DNA from: Parasitella parasitica NRRL 2501
Lineage: Eukaryota; Fungi; Mucoromycota
Assembly (NCBI GenBank): GCA_025201805.1
Contig: MU619272.1
Coordinates: 68,515 to 132,514 of the forward strand
Direction of reading: 5' to 3'
Length of the DNA: 64,000 bases
Positions 50,534-63,362 of the stretch are shown here, piece after piece (the first letter of the stretch is position 1; each line of letters begins with the position of its first letter). A program made the position numbers and the translations under genes. The notes beneath the pieces are model-generated. The model made no database searches. It was not told the DNA's origin and saw nothing but the letters and a program-made list of their open reading frames with translations.

Positions 50534-53500
50534 ATGAGTAGCTCTGAACAAGTTGCCGTCTCTCAAAGAACGGCTCATGCCACTAATCACGGCAATCACG
50601 ACACGGCAGGTCCCTCTAAACCACAACCAGCACCTGATGCTGCTCCCAAGAAGAACAGAAGACGAAACAACAGAGGGAAAAAAAAGGATCCCAATGCTTT
50701 GAATGCTACAGAAGCTGGAGCACCAAAAGCGGAAGAAATCTCTGCAGATAACGGCTCGAAAAAACCAGCTAATAACAACGACAGCAAACCAAACAGAAAG
50801 CCAAAACAACAAGACAGTTCTTCGCCATCTAGTGCCCGCATCAGTAAAAATCGAGCTCAAGGCCGGTTAACTGAACCAGACAAGTCGCAAATTGAGGAGC
50901 CCAACAGCAACAATGATACAGCCTCAACTTTGTCTAAATCCCAAAAGAGAGGCAACCACAGCAGATCCCGAAAGAATCATCGCTTGCCCAAATTGCCTTC
51001 TGGCGACCACGACATGGCCACTGTCCTGTCTCACGACTTGAGGACATCGACTTACGAGTGCATGGTTTGCATGGATGTTGTCAAGCCAGCGCACCACGTC
51101 TGGAGTTGCGATTGTTGTTGGGCCGTATTCCACCTGAACTGTGTGCAGACTTGGGCTGGCAGATCGTTGAAAGGTAAGTAATATTGATTTTTGGGTTGAG
51201 GCGGCCTTTTCCTGAAAATGGGCTGTAGATACATCATCAAATAAAATGATAACCGGTTGGAGATGTCCTGGCTGTCAGAATAGCAAAATGGTAGTTCCCA
51301 AGGACTACTTTTGTTTCTGTGGCAAGCAGCGCAACCCAGAACTATCGAGATACAATACACCTCATAGCTGCGATCAGCTGTGCAAAAGACATAAATCATG
51401 TCCTCATGAATGCGTCCTGTAAGTGATATATTATATATACATATATATATAATATATTTATTAGTGATCCCTCTGCTAACTGCCATGTACACAGACCTTG
51501 CCATCCCGGTCCCTGTCCTCCTTGTAGCTTGATGGGTCCTGTCATGACCTGTTTCTGCGGCACAAATACTCGCCAAGCAAGATGTGTAGACACAGATTAC
51601 TCGACCAAAGGATTTTCATGTGCCGAGGTTTGTGATGAATTGTTGGGCTGCGGTAAGCATCGATGTGAACAGCCTTGTCATGCTGGTGTGTGTGCCCCTT
51701 GCCAAATGCAGGAAGTACAATCGTGTTACTGCGGACGTCATGAAAGAACTGCTCGTTGTGGAAGTGGAAAACAAGTTCAATTGCGTGGTCATATAGGCTA
51801 TTATAGTTGTGCAGAGAAATGCGATACGTAAGTAAATTATTGGGAGAGAGAGAGAGGGAGAGAGAGCTTTGCCGAGTACTATATGCTAAATTCGGCCCTC
51901 TTATTAGTGTATATTTATGTGGCCAACATCATTGTCAAAAGTCATGTCATCCGTGTTCTGCCAATTCACAGGTGTGTCCTTTTGACCCAATTATCATCAA
52001 GAACTGTCCCTGTGGAAACCATTCCGTTGTCGAGTTGCTAAAGGGTAAAAGTAGAGAAACATGCACAGATCCCATACCTACATGTAAATCCACCTGCAAC
52101 AAGTTATCCGCCTGCGGCCACCCTTGCTCCGAGAAATGTCATTTGGGAGACTGCCCACCTTGCCAAGTTGATGTTGATATCCCTTGTCGCTGTCAGTCTA
52201 GCACTTTTAAAGAATCCTGCGCCGATGTATGCGAAGCTACCGGTGGTGAACCTCCTCTCTGCGAGCGGGTTTGTAAATCCATGCGTAACTGCGGACGCCA
52301 TCAGTGTGCTGTGAAATGCTGTACGGCTATGAAGCTAAACGGGAAAAGAAAGCCTGGCTACGAGTTTCTGCATGATTGTCCTGAGAAATGCAACCAATTG
52401 CTTTCTTGCGGTAATCATCGCTGTCAAGATATGTGTCATAAAGGAAAGTGTCTGCCTTGTCTGGAGGCTACGTTTGACGATGTTACGTGTAATTGTGGCC
52501 GCACACGACTTGAGCCTCCTGTTCGCTGCGGAACCAAGCTGCCAGCTTGTCCTCATCCGTGTATTCGACCTAATCCATGCGGTCATATTCGCTTTTTGAA
52601 TCACAATTGTCATCCTGATGATGAACCCTGCCCGCCATGTCCTGCTTTGGTTATGCGTCATTGTCTTTGTGGTAAGACTGAATTGAAAAATGTGCCTTGT
52701 TTTCGCGAATCTCCTCGTTGTGGCAGGCCTTGCGAAAAAGAATTAAGCTGCGGTAAGCATGTATGTCTCAAATCGTGTCATAACGGTCCCTGTATCACAC
52801 AAAAGGAAAGTTGCACGCAAACCTGCGGTGGCCAAAGAGCAACGTGTGGACATCCTTGTCAGCAAAAGTGCCATGCCGGTGCTTGCCCTGAGGATGAACC
52901 TTGTACTACTAGAATCAAAGTTGCCTGCAAGTGTGGTCAAAATAGCCTGGAAATCCCTTGCAATGTAACATCAGAGTCCAGCGGCTCCAAGAGGGATCTG
53001 GATTGCAATGATTTTTGTGTCAAGGTTTTGCGCAATCGACGTCTAGCTTTGGCCTTCGACATCAAACGCGACAACTTTGGTACACCCACTTTGCCCTCTT
53101 TATCCGGTACTTCAAACTTGGAATCCAGGCATTTGTCTTCTGATGATCTTGGTTACTACGATGACTCTTTGTGTGAATTTTACGTGGAAAATGCAGTATG
53201 GTGCAAGCATATGGAGAACTCAATGATGGAGTTTGCACAGGATACTGAAAAGAAGACCTTCCACTGCAAGCCGATGCGAAGCGAATATCGTCGTTTTATT
53301 CATCGTTATGCAGTCCATTTCAACATTGCTACAGAAGCTATAGACCAAGAGCCCAAACGCTCTATCATCTTGCGCAAGTCGCTCGGTCCTTGCAGAATTC
53401 CTTCCATCCTATTGTCGCGCGCCGCTCGTAATCCCTCCCTGAACCGTGCGCCCACTACAGTACAAGGCATCCAAGCTGACACTCGTGGACGCTCTGCTTC

Positions 53501-54212
53501 CAGACAGCCCGTAAACGCATTGTATTTGTCAGACATGGCATTTGGATTAACAAAGTTGGAGCTGGATGCTGATCTAAAGCCTCTCATAAAGATTGGGGAC
53601 GATACAATCCACTTTAGTTCCAACTGGGTCAATGAAAATGATGCCATAGTCATCCCATCCATCAGCGATGATATTTCAATGGACGAAAAAGAATCTATCA
53701 TTTGGCAACTCAAGAAAACCGTGAAGGCTGCGTTTGTGTCCAGTAATGGCTCCGCTGAAAGTAAGGCTGCACGCATTGATTGCTGTTGGGTAAATCAAAA
53801 GGGGCAAGTAACCTGGAATGAAAAGCATCTGTTAGCGGCCAAGACTGATGTTAGCCCATCAGCAAGTACTTTAACTGGTGCCAAATATCGATTCGTAAAC
53901 ACGTATGAAGCCCTCAAGACTGTGGATGATGATGGTTGGATGAAGGTCGGTGGGGACAACCCTTATAGACCTGTCAAAGACGCCTGGATTGAATCACCCA
54001 AGAAGAATGTCAGTCCATCAATGTCTCCTGTTATTATTGCTGCTGCTGCTCCCGATGTGTCATCTTCTGGACAGAATGTTGATGATATTGAAATCGTCGA
54101 TAAAGAGACTGCTGTTCATGGTGGAGAGTCGGCTGCATCCAGCAAAGAAGAGCAAGAAGAAGAAGACTCCAATATTTCTGATGATTGGGAAACTCTGTTG
54201 AATGACGAGTAG
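50534..54212 (+). CDS. NFX1: NF-X1/Fap1-type zinc-finger protein (RING/PHD, NF-X1 repeats, R3H)
   Basis: YECMVC..WSCDCCWAVFHLNC, repeated CGxHxC..CH.G.C units and R3H motif PMRSEYRRFIH. Confidence 0.92.
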
Positions 54213-54363
54213 TTATATACATAGAACATACCACCCCTTTTTTACACTGTAATTTTTTTTGCATCGTCCCTTTTGTTTCGAATAAAGTAAATACACATGA
54301 AATTAAACGACGATGTATGTGCTGTTTTATTCAATGGCCAAGATAAAGACGATGTATTTGCCG

Positions 54364-55154
54364 CTATGATAATCCCACCCGTTTGCGCGCATGATGTACC
54401 AAACGTACAGAATTCACCAAAACACTCTCATCCGCCGTTTTTAAATTTGGTAATGGTATACTAAAGGTTGCCGGTGGGATATAACAGTTGTTTTCCAAAG
54501 GCTTAATAAGGACGCCTGTTACCGGGGTGAGTCGGATTGTTTGTGAAGCATCTGGCAACTCTGGTGAATCCGCTGGCAAGTCAGAATCTACCATAGAGGC
54601 GCTTGAAGATGAACTTGCTGGTGATGTTGTTGCATTTTGGGAACGGTTTCTGGCAGCCTCGCATACACTGCACTTGCAATTCAGCTTAACCTGCTTTGAT
54701 TCGCTCGACGCATCCAGCCAAATCAAATGTTGCAAAAAGGACGCTAATATAGAGATGCATTAACTATTTGGATATTTGAACCAGCTTTATCGAAAATGTA
54801 CATGCCTATGCTGTAAAACGACTTTTTAGATGGGTGTCCAGTGATAACAAATCTACCTTTATACTCCAAAATATATCCCTTTGGGAGTGATTTTAAAATG
54901 ATCGAAACTTATACAGGCATACACGGAAATCAGTTTGTAACAAGTTGAAAACTATAAATAGGCCTTTTATAATTACCCTTCTTAGGCTTATGCTTTCGTC
55001 GATGTTGAAACAGGCCCACCCCGAGTCTCTGCATAGCATTCCTACTTTGTTTTTCAGTTGGTTGACGTCTTTGATTTGGTGCAGCATGTGGCAATCTTGC
55101 ATCAGATTTGGAGGGGGGATCCAACTGAATAATCTCTTCGTGTGATTTGGGCAT
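54364..55154 (-). CDS. Clr2 (cryptic loci regulator 2) N-terminal-domain protein, 3 exons
   Basis: The spliced product contains LKSLPKGYIL...ITGHPSKKSFYSIASFLQHLIWL...CKCSVC. The second intron is GC..AG (54805-54744). Confidence 0.65.
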
Positions 55155-56502
55155 TGACCGTGCGTGCTTCTGGAAGTTGAAAAAAAAAAAAAAAAAAAAG
55201 TGAAAAACACAGGTCGATTTGAAGTCTCCCCCTCCTCTTTTATTGGCGATTTCGCGCCCAAAAAACATTTGATGTTCTGAAGACTGCGCTGAAGCTCCAT
55301 CTCTTATATTTTATCAGCAAATATCTTCACGTGAATAAAAAGAAGGAAAAACGATTATATCAAGATGTTTGAATTGAGGAACAAAAAGTTCGAATTGCTT
55401 CGTCAAGACTTCAACACCGAGATGTTTGCATACTGTATCGTCTTTTTTTTGTAATTCACGGACGGCTCAGTCATTGTCCTGGTTTACAAAGACCAATATT
55501 AGGTTATCAATATCCAAAGGGGCAAGGGTCGCTCGATGATACCGTAAACAATACATTACATTTGCATTTGATTGCTTGTTGTGCTATGACGTTCAGCATA
55601 TAATAGAGATTGAATTTAGCTCGAACTTAAGTGTTTTTCCTTTCGTAAATCGGTACTAGTATGAATTCATTCGAAAATGTGCTTGATTCTTAAATATTGC
55701 ATCACCAAATGAAAAATTAAATCCATCTTTAAAGCATTTTAAGGTAGCAAGACTCATAGCAACCATTAAATCAAAATTAAATGGACTTTATAGTATCTTC
55801 GCTGGTTTACAAAGACGGCAGCTTTTTTTTTTTCTGCATTTCGCAAACAGAGTGTTCTGTATCTTCCAAAACATCCTATTTTAGTTTATCCAAAAATTCA
55901 ACCTACGGATGTGGAATTAGTGGTCTAGACATGTAAAGGTGATCCTTGCAGTCATTTTCATCTATAAATTCATTGGTAAAAACTTTTGTTTAAGAGGTCA
56001 AAACCTGAATTAAAGGGATTTGACGGATTTTCGCCTATACTTGTAAGGGGCTGAAGGCCCAAAAGGCCCAAAAAAAAATATGGATCGTTCCTTCGAGATG
56101 TGGTACGGAGTTCTGGCTTGGTTAGAGCTCCAGAAAATGCGAATAAACGGATTTAAAATCGTCTAATTGAGGGGATATCTTGACAAAAATGAGTATAATA
56201 CACTGCCAACATTCCTAAAGAAGGTTGTGTTATGGCGTAGTACTTGCTGTGGTTTAAAGACATTCAATGGATAAAGTAAAACAAACCTCAGAAAGAATGT
56301 TATCTAATATATAGAGTCAAAGGCGTAATGAGATCGTAAACCATTTCAATGAAATAATCATATTTTTGTTATTGGGAACGCATATGGGTAATGTTTTGCA
56401 TGTTGTTATAATGTGCGGATGAGTTGTGCAATAAAAGAGGAAAGGTAATATACAAAATATTGGGGAAAAAAAAAAAAAAAAAAAAGGCTAGATGTGCTGG
56501 AT

Positions 56503-56952
56503 TTAACGTTCTTCAAAATCCCAAAAGATGATCATATCATGGGAATTCAATTCGAATTCAAATTCTACGTCCTCCAAGAACTGAATTTCATGAACTAACA
56601 AAGCAGGTATAACGCAATCCTCATTTTCACGCAGCAAGTATGCTTGACTTGTTTGCAAATCATCGATTTGAATTGAGCCAGAAAGAATTGTTATACGAGA
56701 CATTGTTGGGAAATGATGGGGAGGCTGAATTGGAACAAACTCAGTATGACAGACAAAAGCAAACAAACAGATGATCAAGCTTACCAATGAAGTTCCAGCT
56801 CTAAATTTCATTGTGGTCTTAAGAAAAGGTGTCTTGATGATATTTTTCCATTCACCACCCAAACAAGCAGGAAAATGAGGGATAGGAGTATATTGATCTG
56901 TGGTGGGAGTAGCCTTGCTGACAGAAGTTGAGGCAGATGTTGAAGAAATCAT
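56503..56952 (-). CDS. Small cupin-fold protein, 2 exons
   Basis: After removing a GTAAGC..CAG intron: FRAGTSLPPHHFP..ITILSGSIQI...CVIPALLVHEI. Confidence 0.6.
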   Translation of the reverse strand: MISSTSASTSVSKATPTTDQYTPIPHFPACLGGEWKNIIKTPFLKTTMKFRAGTSLVSLIICLFAFVCHTEFVPIQPPHHFPTMSRITILSGSIQIDDLQTSQAYLLRENEDCVIPALLVHEIQFLEDVEFEFELNSHDMIIFWDFEER

Positions 56953-57947
56953 GTCTTTATTGTTATTTTTGTGTAGAGAAGAAGAACAAACAAGATGCAA
57001 TGAAGTCTTATTTATATGATGAAATCCTTGATTCAAAGCATTAAATGTGACCTTCCATCGTTTTTTTTTTTTTTTTTTCTCGAGTTACATGTGCGATGTA
57101 CTAATTTAGATCCTATGTTCTCGACCTCAACCCCCCCATTACCACCTACTTTTTGTTTTTCCATGTATACCTTAAAAAGAGCAAAAACTTGTTTAGTCGT
57201 TATGCATTTGGAATCAAAAATATATGTAATTGGTACATATTGTCAAATATTGCAGCTATACTCGAATTGGATTGAATGAAAAAAGGAGGCATGGAAGTTA
57301 TATCATTGCAAATGTGTAGTGATGGGAGAATCGCTAAAAGACAGATAAAAAAACTTTTTCTTTTTTTTTTTTTTGGTATTATTATCAAAGCATCTCCGAT
57401 TTCGAGTTTTGCATCAAAAGCATTTCATTTACTATAAAACACAAAACGTTTGTTGTCATGGTAACAAGACATATGCTGCTGTTTTGTCATATGTCAACTT
57501 TCATTGTTGAGGCATATGAGTTAAGAGTGTATATTCTATACACTTGATAAAACATGAGACTTGTTGGACACTGTATTTGATATGTTCCAGGAACGATTGG
57601 CATTTCTCATGGATACAATAGCACCTTCCAATCTGTAACATCCTCCCAATAAATAAATACAGTATTTTGTGGGGTAGACTCTGTTTGGAACCAACTCGGA
57701 GTTGGATCAAAATAGAAGCATTTACTGACTCATCCAAAATCTAATCTTTATTTGAAAACTGCCTAAACCAAAACTAAATCCCCTTAAAATGAGGTATTTT
57801 ATACAATATTTTATATATAACGTTAAACAACATGATGGCATTATATGATATTTTATTGTCATTTGATCCAGCTTGATACATTTTTTTACAGTGATATATT
57901 TATATTGTGGGAAAAGTAGCTAAAAAAGTAAATTTACCGAACCAATT

Positions 57948-60900
57948 TTATACAAGCAATTTCTGGAAGCTATTCAAGATGCGTTCAGTTGATAATTTTG
58001 ATCCCTTACTTGACACCAAGTAAGCCAAGTCAGCAATAATAGCGGGCGTCATGTTGATAACTTCGTTGCCGTCAACGGCCATCTTATAGGTGGTGTCTTT
58101 AGCTCGGTGTACGATCTCTGTTTCCTCTGCTATCTTGGTCGCTCTAGTAACAACAGATTGAGGAATGCCTGCCATTGTCGCGACATTCATACCAAATGAT
58201 TTTTCACAAATGCCAGTAGTCAACTTGTATAAAAAGGTTACATTTTGCTCATCTTCGTCCATGATGTATCCCCTGATTGTATTGAGAAAGCGATGAATAG
58301 ATTATCTTGTATTACCACAGCCAACTTACATGTGCATATTATTAATTTCAGGACTTCGCTCAAACTCTTTGCAGAGTGTTTGATAATGAGTTGCAAACAT
58401 TCCCAAACAGCCGATATGGGTGGATAGATAATGCAATACGGAATAAGCAATAGCATAGCCATCAAATGTAGATGTTCCTCTGCCAAGTTCGTCCAAGATG
58501 ACCATGGAACGAGGAGTAGCTTCCTTTAAGATCTTGGAAGTCTCTGCTAATTCAACCATAAACGTCGATTGCCCTCCCATGATGTTGTCATTTGCTCCGA
58601 TACGGGTATAGATACGATCACAAGGCGTAAGTCGGCAAGATCTCGCAGGTACATAGCCACCCAATTGCGCCATGATGATAGCTACGCACGTTTGCCTCAA
58701 TAGAGTTGACTTGCCACCCATGTTGGGACCAGTTAAGACAATAACGCTTGCTTGCTGTCCACCTAAGCCTACATCATTAGGAATAAAGTCGGCTGCGACA
58801 CTAATACAGGTGAGGAGCACGATTAGATAAATACTATAAATTGCTTATATGCATATATTACCCAGGTATAACACATGGATGTCGTAATTCTTCAAATTCA
58901 ACAATACTCTTTTCTTGATCTAACAAGACAGGTCTGCAAGCAGGTTCTATAAATGGTACTGGAATGTGAGTGTACTGCTATCTTTATAAGGACATATACT
59001 TACCTCCCAAGTTCATTGAGCCCTTGGCCAAGCCCATCAGTGCATCTAATTCAGCAATGCTCTGCACGGCAGATAACCACATGGTATATGATTGATCAAA
59101 AGTTGCGTATACTTCCAGCGAGAATTTCTTAACAAAGGCATTCTTGGTCTCCAACAGTTCTTTATACTCAACCACCAAATTCTTGACAGTGCTATCCCAA
59201 TATCGGTTCACTTTCTATCATTTGGCATAAGTAAAACTATGACACGCGCACTCGACTCTCCTGTATCTTACGCTTGTGTTTGAGAGTGTGATCCAATCAC
59301 GGGGTACTTTTACGGCTTTAGGCACTTCAAGTTGATACAGATCTTTACCAAGATCACGGTATACAACAGTGGAACATTTGAGTTCCCTTTTTACTGTCTG
59401 TAAATGTGACAAAAACTGTGCTTCTACGTCTTTGATCTGCTCATTGATGCCGTCCCATTCTTGATTCATGCCGTCTTTTGGAATCATTGTCTTGATTTTT
59501 TGATCTAGTAATATTGTTAATAGTTGGGATCATCTTGCTCTTCTCTACTTACAATCCACGTCCACATCTGCAGTAATAAAGGAGCTGTTTATATGCTCCA
59601 GTTTACTATCAATGTGAGGGAACTGGTCGATCAAGTGGCTCAACAGACTTGACTTGAATTCGCCTCGACTTTGTGTCAAGGTATGAACAATGTCACGTGT
59701 CGTCTGGAATCCTTCCAGTGAAATCAAGAATTCCTTGACCTTGATCCTTCCTGAATGGATACGAGAAATCAATCTTTCTAAATCAGGCATGCCATACATT
59801 TGTTTTGAGATGGCTTCATGCAAGTCAACAAGGCGCATCAAGTCCTCGATTGCATCTAGTCTGTTGTTTATGTCTTCAATGCGACGCAGAGGATGGCACA
59901 GCCATTGTTTGAATAATCGTTTGCCAAAGGGTGTAATGCTGTTTGCCAGCAGCTTGAACACAGTACCTTCAGTACTGCCATCATATGAATTTTGAAAGAT
60001 CTCAAGATTAGCCAGCGTTTGGCCGTCGAGTACCAACGATGTAGCATTGCGGATAGGATCATACATCAGCACATGCTTGGCTGATAGAAGCTCTTGATCC
60101 AACTTGAGCTGTGAAAAAAAGAAAAAAGTGAGCATACATAATATATACAGGGCATGAAAGACGTACTTACCGAGCGAAGATACCATATTAAACCACCAAA
60201 CGCAGACATTAGTAAAGGATCTTTGCGAGCCTCAGCAATGGCTTGATCTAATGCTTCATTTGTAGGCTGACCCTCAGCGCCAAAATACTCGTGAATATTG
60301 ATTTCATCCTCTGTAATACGAGCATCCCAAAACTCAGTATCAGGCTGCAGCATATTCCAGAGTGGCGCATTCAGGATGTTCTTGAGCAAGCGAGTTGTCG
60401 TCTTTGACAGTCTACCCTTCTCTGTAACAAGCTCGCGGGGCTTGATTTGCATGATCAGTGTTTCGAATTTGGTTCGATGCACGTCGTCTTGAAAATGGAC
60501 AAGGTTGAACTCGGCAGTAGCTGTATCGACAAAGCAAATACCAAAGCTTGGAGGTAGGGTTTCATCACCACAGTGCTCCTTGATGGACATGCAGTAAGTT
60601 CCCAGTTCATTTGTCAAGAGCCCAGAATCAACCAAGGTGCCGGCTGTCAGCACAGATGTCAATTCACGACGAATCACTTTGTCTGCCTTGCTAGACTTGG
60701 CATTGCCCTTTTCGCGCATGGATTTTCCAATGGCTGTCTCCATTTGATCCACCTTGGCCACTTTATGGCCTTTTGCAATGAATTGTGCTGTCCAGTAGTC
60801 AAACGACATTTCAGGAACACCCACCATTCTCATATTGACACGGTCGGTCATCTTCAAGTCAAAGTCTTTGTGGCCAATATCTGCATCCTTTTCGTATAGT

Positions 60901-62017
60901 TCTGTTTAGGCAAATGTTAGTCAATGGATACTTTTCCAACATGCTACTCTTACCATAGAATTTGCCCTTTTTAAAGAATACAATCTAATTTATACTTAGT
61001 CGTGAGTCGTTTGTTCTTGTACGCTGCCTAGTCAAGTCGTTTCTTACCGTATCCCAGTGCTTATGCTTAACATCCCAGTATTGCTTTTCGAAAGGAGTAA
61101 ACTTTTGCCAGGCAGATGGAGGTATATACAAAGTACGAGGATTATAATCTGGAGATCCAATATGATTTCCTTCCAAATCCTTTTGATTTTGAAGCCAATG
61201 GTATCGCTCATCGTTCTTTTCTTTGAACTTTTGATTGCGTTCTTGCTGTTTTTCAGACTTGGATGTCATATTCATTCTAGCAAAAGCACTGACGGAGGGC
61301 TTTTCATACATGGTCGAACCGACTGAAATTTTTCCAAATCTCTCGGCTAATGGGGTAACAGGTGCCTTCCTTGGAGCAGAGTTGTTACTGGATAAATCAT
61401 CATCATCGTCTTCCATCAAGTCGTCCTCATCACCAAATATGGCCTCCAAATCTTGATCTTTCAAGGTATCGTCTTTGGATGGTACAAATTCCGCTTCACT
61501 GTCATCATCTTCTATCTTGCGTACAAGGCGTCGCTTTTTTTCTGTTACATTGAATGAATAAGTCATGTTGCGCACAAATTACATCCACTTACGAGCAAAG
61601 GGATTAACTACTTTTTTAGTTAATGGTTTATCATCTTCGCTATCAGAATCAGATAGTTTGTAACTGATTCTTTTACGATTACGTCCCTGTACTTTGTTAG
61701 CGTACCATGCTTTTTCTAGTCTACCATCAATTTACCGATTTCGAGAATAAAGGTGTTTCATCATCATCCTCTTCTTCTTCTTGATTATTAATATTTTGAT
61801 CTATATCCATTCTGTCGTCTTTATGAGCGATGCTGGATTTTTTTGCAACCGGTGCCTGCTGATGTTGTTGTTTGACAGGTTTAGAAGCAGCCTCTTTCAC
61901 TGCTAATTGCTCGGTTGTTACCTCTTTCTGGATGATGCTTTCAGAATGCTTCTTGTTGAAAAATGAGAGCAATGAGCTCTGTTGCTGAGGCTTCTTTGGT
62001 GAAGGATTTGGTGCCAT
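57948..62017 (-). CDS. MSH6: DNA mismatch repair protein Msh6
   Basis: PIP box [45 protein letters not shown] and DELGRGTST. Confidence 0.96.
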
Positions 62018-62486
62018 AATGGTTTTCAATCTGATAGAAAGATGGATGAGATTGTGCGCGTGTTTATTACTCTCGGCGCGCTTCTTTTTGTCGACTTGTC
62101 AATGTGTCACGGAACAAAAGAGTCACTGTGGGACCTGGGATGCATTGATAGTAAACGACTTGATGCATCATGTAAATGTAGCGCGATCCAGTTGTATCAT
62201 GGAGCTTCTGCTTGGGATTTTGATTTACAGTACAACATCTAATGATTTGGCACGCAGTTTCTACAGCTCAGTAACTAATGTATTGTGTACAAGTGTAAGT
62301 CGGTGGATGATGGGTTTGTTGGTTGTCGAATAGTTTACATATCTGGATTTCAGGAACAGTTGCCATGGAAACAAGATCAAAATGCTGCAACGAATATTTG
62401 CCCTTCAACGGCATTGAGGCAATTTATTATATTACAGTTGACGAAACTAGGTTGGGCTAATGAAAATAAATTTGGTCATTTCCAAA

Positions 62487-62600
62487 TTAAGTTGGGTCAC
62501 GAATACGAAAATGGGACAACAAGATGAAAATGGGACGTTAATATGAAAGTGGGACATCAACATGAAAATGGAACACATAAGAGAATACGGGACACGAACA
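62487..62600. repeat. Six degenerate 19-bp tandem units (consensus GAAAATGGGACA..AA.AT)
   Basis: GGGAC-like cores at 62494, 62513, 62532, 62551, 62570 and 62589. Confidence 0.85.
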
Positions 62601-62887
62601 CAACTGTGGAACTATACCGAATAGATTCAAAGGGGTTTTTTTTTGGTTCAATTCAAGGGCGCAGCCCTGAAAACAGCAACCCTTTATAGAACTTGTATCA
62701 TATTCTAGTACTTTATGATCGAAGTGCCAAAGTCAAAATTTATTTGTGTACAATTTTTACTTGGCTAACAAGGCCTTCAAGTAATAGCTGAAACAATTCT
62801 GCTTTGGTCTAAAAATGAATTGAATATGTTATCTTGTTTTTCTATTATTGTTATACCCAATGCCAAAATGGGTGCTCTTACCAAAAA

Positions 62888-63092
62888 NNNNNNNNNNNNN
62901 NNNNNNNNNNNNNNNNNNNNNNNNNNNNNNNNNNNNNNNNNNNNNNNNNNNNNNNNNNNNNNNNNNNNNNNNNNNNNNNNNNNNNNNNNNNNNNNNNNNN
63001 NNNNNNNNNNNNNNNNNNNNNNNNNNNNNNNNNNNNNNNNNNNNNNNNNNNNNNNNNNNNNNNNNNNNNNNNNNNNNNNNNNNNNNNNNNNN
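62888..63092. other. Assembly gap (other gaps at 32491-32520 and 44169-44243)
   Basis: Runs of N. Confidence 1.
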
Positions 63093-63362
63093 ATCTGAAT
63101 GAGGATATTCTCGATGAAAACTAGCTAGGTATTTATAATTTATTAAAAACAGAGTCTGGTCTTGATATACAATATAACAACATTGGCAGCCGGGCGATAT
63201 CAGTAATTGGATTAGAGAATATATCAACAGGTGGGATCCATGTGTGTGCATTCTCTTTCAGAGTTGTCTCATGTATATATCTCTCGATCGGGTTGACAAG
63301 ATTTGATCTAGTTGACAGACAAATGTTGCCTTGAACTCTTTTTACTTCTTTTCAATTAACCA

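Noticed and set aside
55479-55816. 15-bp direct repeat CTGGTTTACAAAGAC occurring twice
   Set aside because: Only two copies, with no TIRs or other structure between them.
24030-62017. Functional clustering of splicing genes (SF3B2, SMN) or repair genes (FANCA, MSH6)
   Set aside because: The genes are far apart and interspersed with unrelated ones, consistent with chance.
62487-62600. CRISPR-like array
   Set aside because: Units are contiguous 19-mers with no unique spacers, and the context is eukaryotic.
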